Origin: Escherichia coli
GTDB lineage: Bacteria > Pseudomonadota > Gammaproteobacteria > Enterobacterales > Enterobacteriaceae
Strand: one strand, 5' to 3'
Assembly: GCF_003334305.1 (NCBI RefSeq)
Contig: NZ_QOWS01000054.1
Length of the DNA: 2,565 nt
Shown here: in pieces, positions 1 through 2,565 of the stretch
Numbering within the stretch: position 1 is the first letter of the stretch
Layout of the letters: each line of letters opens with the position of its first letter
Made by a program: the position numbers and the translations under genes
The notes under the pieces: model-generated
What the model was told of the DNA's origin: nothing
The model's input: the letters and a program-made list of their open reading frames with translations, nothing else
Databases searched by the model: none

Positions 1-657
1 GAGGAGAACCCGCATCACCTGCACCAGCCGTACCGGCTGCCGGGGCAGCAGTATGATAAGGAGTCGGGGCTGTACTATAACCGTCACCGGTACTACGATC
101 CGTTGCAGGGGCGGTATATCACCCCGGACCCGATTGGGTTGAGAGGTGGATGGAATATGTATCAGTATCCGTTGAATCCCATACAAGTGATAGACCCAAT
201 GGGGTTAGATGCGATTGAGAATATGACATCAGGTGGACTAATTTATGCCGTATCTGGTGTACCTGGATTGATTGCTGCAAACAGCATTACTAACAGTGCT
301 TACCAGTTCGGTTATGATATGGATGCTATTGTTGGCGGAGCTCATAATGGGGCCGCCGATGCAATGAGACATTGTTACTTGATGTGTCGAATGACTAAGA
401 CATTTGGATCAACAATAGCTGACGTGATAGGTAAAAATCATGAGGCGGCAGGGGATAGACAAGGTCAGCCAGCTAAAGAAAGAATCATGGATCTTAAAAA
501 TAACACTGTCGGTATTGCTTGTGGCGATTTTTCTGCCAAATGTAGCGATGCATGTATTGAAAAATATAACACTGGGCAACTCTTCGGGTTAGATGGTATA
601 AAAGCAGATAATCCAATAAAAGCAAAGCAAGGGAGTTCAGATGCTTCAAATTATTAG
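1..657 (+). CDS. rhsE: Rhs-family polymorphic toxin, 3' portion (5' end lies upstream of the window): terminus of the conserved RHS core followed by a variable C-terminal toxin domain
   Basis: Frame 1 is open from nt 1 with no stop until TAG at 655-657, so the gene starts upstream; the ORF-track start at 103 is only an internal TTG. Translation from nt 1 reads [69 protein letters not shown], the hallmark end of the RHS repeat-associated core (YD repeat, then the DPxGL demarcation). The first 200 nt are GC-rich (about 60% by eye) and composition drops immediately after DPMGL, as expected at an Rhs core/CT junction. The symbol is a tentative recollection of K-12 synteny (rhsE-ydcD-yncI-ydcC), not verified. 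Confidence 0.85.
   Translation, partial: EENPHHLHQPYRLPGQQYDKESGLYYNRHRYYDPLQGRYITPDPIGLRGGWNMYQYPLNPIQVIDPMGLDAIENMTSGGLIYAVSGVPGLIAANSITNSAYQFGYDMDAIVGGAHNGAADAMRHCYLMCRMTKTFGSTIADVIGKNHEAAGDRQGQPAKERIMDLKNNTVGIACGDFSAKCSDACIEKYNTGQLFGLDGIKADNPIKAKQGSSDASNY
193..207 (+). other. DPxGL motif (DPMGL) marking the boundary between the conserved Rhs core and the variable C-terminal toxin domain
   Basis: Codons 65-69 of the frame-1 translation encode D-P-M-G-L, preceded by the conserved PxxxxDPxGL context ([13 protein letters not shown]). In Rhs/YD-repeat proteins this motif delimits the core from the polymorphic CT and is associated with autoproteolytic release of the CT (established knowledge of the family). 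An upstream DPIGL at codons 43-47 belongs to the conserved core. Confidence 0.7.
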
Positions 658-1123
658 AGGCAAACTTGTCATTTTTTTAATTACCCTTTGTTTATTTGTT
701 GTTTACCTTGGGTTTGATAACAATTCAAATTCTGACATCGTATTTTATGGACATAAAACACCAAAGAGCGTTGAGATATATCTTTCTGAAAAAAATATTA
801 TTTATAAAATAATTAATGACCAAAAAATTAGTAGAGGGAATGGTCATTTTATAAGTATAATGGTTAATAATTACAGGACGCACTGTGGAGTGGTTGATAT
901 AAATCTTAATTTTTTCAATGATATTCTTTATAGCGTGCGATTAAAAAACATTAGTAAACTGGAGAATATGGAGTTCTGCGCTAAAAAACAACGGGTGTAT
1001 TTTAGTGATAAAAACAAGAAGGCTAGTTATAAAATAATTAATTATGGAGACTATTACGATGTTGATTATTATGATAACAATTTGAAAAATGAAGTTTTTG
1101 ACTGGATTGGTAAATGGTCATAA
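641..1123 (+). CDS. ydcD: Putative Rhs-toxin immunity protein (160 aa, AT-rich, N-terminal hydrophobic segment; uncharacterised)
   Basis: ATG at 641 is preceded by a good RBS (GGGAG at 631-635, 5-nt spacer). The ORF overlaps the toxin stop by 17 nt, the typical arrangement for a toxin/immunity pair. A 160-codon ORF in DNA this AT-rich (well under 30% GC by eye) is unlikely by chance. Residues about 8-25 ([18 protein letters not shown]) form a hydrophobic stretch after a positively charged start. The symbol is a tentative recollection of K-12 synteny; immunity function is inferred from position only. Confidence 0.7.
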   Translation: MLQIIRGKLVIFLITLCLFVVYLGFDNNSNSDIVFYGHKTPKSVEIYLSEKNIIYKIINDQKISRGNGHFISIMVNNYRTHCGVVDINLNFFNDILYSVRLKNISKLENMEFCAKKQRVYFSDKNKKASYKIINYGDYYDVDYYDNNLKNEVFDWIGKWS

Positions 1124-1202
1124 TGAACAACACCAGAAAGAGAAAAATATAAAATACATACAGAAAGACATGAGAGCAAGGGACGGGGCAGGGCAAGATC
1201 AT

Positions 1203-1230
1203 GAAAATTGTGATGTAAATCACGATTTTC
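1203..1230. promoter_or_regulatory. Near-perfect 12-bp inverted repeat with 4-nt loop (GAAAATTGTGAT-GTAA-ATCACGATTTTC); contains a CRP-like TGTGA-N6-TCAC core; could also act as a weak intergenic hairpin or terminator
   Basis: Seen directly: 1203-1214 pairs with 1219-1230 with a single G·U position. The core TGTGA (1209-1213), 6 nt, TCACG (1220-1224) matches the CRP consensus TGTGA-N6-TCACA at 9 of 10 positions. It lies in the 180-bp gap between the immunity gene and the H-rpt transposase start. The stem is AT-rich, so terminator function would be weak. Either function is speculative. Confidence 0.25.
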
Positions 1231-1259
1231 ATCTTGGCTTTAACGCCTACAGGTGATCA

Positions 1260-2480
1260 AAATTTAACCTTTGGAATAACTAAAAAGATAAAAAAGGACC
1301 CAGGTGAGTATTCAAAGTTTGCTTGATTATATTTCAGTGATCCCTGATATACGACAACAAGGAAAGGTTAAACATAAATTATCTGCTATTTTGTTTCTCA
1401 CCGTATGTGCAGTAATTGCAGGTGCCGATGAGTGGCAGGAAATTGAAGATTTTGGACATGAAAGACTTGAATGGCTAAAGAAATATGGTGATTTTGATAA
1501 TGGCATTCCGGTCGATGACACCATTGCACGCGTTGTGAGTAACATTGACAGTTTGGCCTTTGAAAAGATGTTTATTGAATGGATGCAGGAGTGCCATGAA
1601 ATCACTGATGGTGAAATTATAGCAATAGATGGAAAGACCATAAGAGGCTCCTTTGATAAGGGAAAAAGAAAAGGAGCAATCCATATGGTGAGTGCATTCT
1701 CGAACGAAAATGGTGTTGTACTGGGGCAGGTGAAAACGGAAGCCAAAAGTAATGAGATTACAGCCATTCCAGAGTTGCTTAACCTACTGTATTTAAAGAA
1801 AAATTTGATAACCATTGATGCTATGGGCTGTCAGAAAGATATCGCTTCGAAGATCAAAGATAAAAAAGCAGATTATCTTCTGGCAGTAAAAGGCAATCAG
1901 GGGAAATTACATCATGCATTCGAGGAAAAATTTCCTGTAAATGTGTTTTCTAATTATAAAGGCGATTCGTTTAGTACGCAGGAGATAAGTCATGGAAGAA
2001 AAGAAACACGTTTGCATATTGTCAGTAACGTAACGCCTGAACTTTTGTGATTTTGAATTCGAATGGAAGGGATTAAAAAAGCTTTGTGTAGCATTGTCAT
2101 TCAGGCAGAAGAAAGAAGATAAATCAGCAGAAGGTGTAAGCATCCGATATTATATTTCATCAAAGGATATGGATGCTAAAGAATTTGCACATGCTATCAG
2201 AGCGCACTGGCTGATCGAGCACAGTCTTCATTGGGTGTTAGATGTAAAAATGAATGAAGATGCCAGCCGGATAAGAAGAGGAAACGCAGCCTAAATAATA
2301 TCTGGAATAAAGAAGATGGCACTGAATTTATTAAGAGATTGCAAAGACATTAAGGGTGAAGAGGAAAAGAAAGAAGGCTGCGTTAAACACAGGGAAAGAT
2401 CATCAGAAGTTCACTTTTTGTACTAAATAATTCGCATTTTATGTTTAAAAATTGAGATATTCCTCATTACCTGAAGCTGT
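1260..2480 (+). mobile_element. Remnant H-rpt (ISAs1-family) insertion sequence; boundaries approximate
   Basis: The transposase pseudogene fills most of this span, consistent with the roughly 1.2-1.3 kb size of H-rpt elements. I could not identify convincing terminal inverted repeats by eye, so the ends are estimated from the ORF position and from the upstream homology shared with the second copy (ATAAA(A/T)AAGG before each start codon). Confidence 0.4.
1304..2426 (+). pseudogene. yncI: ISAs1-family (H-repeat / H-rpt) transposase gene, inactivated by a +1 frameshift and an in-frame stop
   Basis: Track ORF 1304-2050 (GTG start, RBS AAGGA at 1294-1298) is collinear with H-rpt transposases (…ISVIPDIRQ…GIPVDDTIARVV…AIDGKTIRGSFDK…AIHMVSAFS…KSNEITAIPELL…IDAMGCQKDIA…ADYLLAVKGNQ…). 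It stops at TGA 2048-2050 just after a TTTT run at 2043-2046. Deleting one T restores [24 protein letters not shown]…, which continues into track ORF 2094-2294 (…[29 protein letters not shown]). That ORF ends at TAA 2292-2294, where homologs have a sense codon (GNAAE…). The same frame continues IISGIKKMALNLLRDC… to TAA 2424-2426, giving about 374 codons, the expected ISAs1 transposase length. The symbol is tentative. Confidence 0.8.
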
Positions 2481-2532
2481 TTTTTATTGCTTATACATGA
2501 TCAAATACTCCTTACATAAATAAGGTGAACAA

Positions 2533-2565
2533 ATGGAACTTAAAAAATTGATGGAACATATTTCT
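2533..2565 (+). CDS. ydcC: 5' end of a second ISAs1-family (H-rpt) transposase gene, continuing beyond the window
   Basis: ATG at 2533 follows an RBS-like AAGGTG (2522-2527). The 11 codons in the window, MELKKLMEHIS, match the characteristic N-terminus of E. coli H-repeat-associated proteins and align with the pseudogene N-terminus (MSIQSLLDYIS). Only 33 nt are visible, so the call rests on the N-terminal match and context. The symbol is tentative. Confidence 0.55.
   Translation, partial: MELKKLMEHIS

Noticed and set aside
127-141. The first DPxGL-like motif (DPIGL) as the core/CT boundary
   Set aside because: In Rhs proteins the conserved core continues through DPIGLxGGxNxYxYxxNP and ends at the second motif (DPMGL, 193-207). 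Composition also stays GC-rich until the second motif.
103-657. ORF-track start at 103 as the true start of a 184-aa protein
   Set aside because: The start is an internal TTG. The frame is open back to nt 1 and the upstream residues are conserved Rhs core sequence, so the gene begins upstream of the window.
500-657. Cytidine-deaminase-like motif pair (H/E then CxxxC) in the toxin CT
   Set aside because: The HE at KNHEAAGD is adjacent rather than HxE, and the cysteine pair is CSDAC (C-x3-C) rather than PCxxC. Spacing and context do not fit the deaminase fold signature, so this is not claimed.
641-720. Lipoprotein lipobox in the immunity protein N-terminus (…LITLC…)
   Set aside because: The -1 position before the Cys is Leu rather than Gly/Ala/Ser, so it is not a canonical lipobox. 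The segment is better read as a signal anchor or TM helix.
1180-1200. Short G-rich imperfect repeat (CAAGGGACGGGGCAGGGCAAG) in the intergenic region
   Set aside because: It is too short and imperfect to call a repeat element or structured RNA, and no matching copy occurs elsewhere in the window.
1038-1232. Minus-strand 64-aa ORF spanning the 3' end of the immunity gene and the intergenic region
   Set aside because: It is antisense to a well-supported gene and to the intergenic palindrome, with a low-complexity hydrophobic product and no recognisable start context. Most likely a chance ORF.
1327-1815. Minus-strand 162-aa ORF (and the nested 1475-1684 ORF) inside the transposase region
   Set aside because: They are antisense to a sequence with clear homology to ISAs1 transposases on the plus strand, and their products are serine/proline-rich and low-complexity, typical of shadow ORFs.
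1907-2143. Minus-strand 78-aa ORF across the transposase frameshift region
   Set aside because: It is antisense to the transposase pseudogene, has no supporting features, and is probably spurious.
2094-2294. 66-aa plus-strand ORF as an independent small gene
   Set aside because: It is the middle segment of the disrupted transposase. Its TTG start is just the first start-like codon after the frameshift, and its sequence is collinear with the C-terminal region of H-rpt transposases.

Overview
This window is the 3' end of an Rhs polymorphic-toxin locus followed by decayed insertion-sequence material. (1) nt 1-657 (+) is the end of an Rhs-family gene, open to the window's 5' edge: a GC-rich stretch encoding the conserved RHS core terminus (…[52 protein letters not shown]) and then a roughly 149-aa variable C-terminal (toxin) domain of unknown activity. 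(2) nt 641-1123 (+) is a very AT-rich 160-aa ORF overlapping the toxin stop by 17 nt, the expected position of the cognate immunity gene; it has an N-terminal hydrophobic anchor-like segment. (3) nt 1304-2426 (+) is an ISAs1-family (H-repeat, H-rpt) transposase gene inactivated by a +1 frameshift in a T-run and an in-frame TAA. (4) nt 2533-2565 (+) is the start of a second H-rpt transposase (MELKKLMEHIS…) running off the window. The arrangement resembles, from memory, the E. coli K-12 rhsE-ydcD-yncI-ydcC region; this could not be verified here and the gene symbols are tentative. The most interesting item is the toxin/immunity pair: a cysteine-rich toxin domain with no catalytic signature I recognise, paired with a membrane-anchored immunity protein, which suggests an envelope-acting effector. 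No rRNA, tRNA or CRISPR features were seen.
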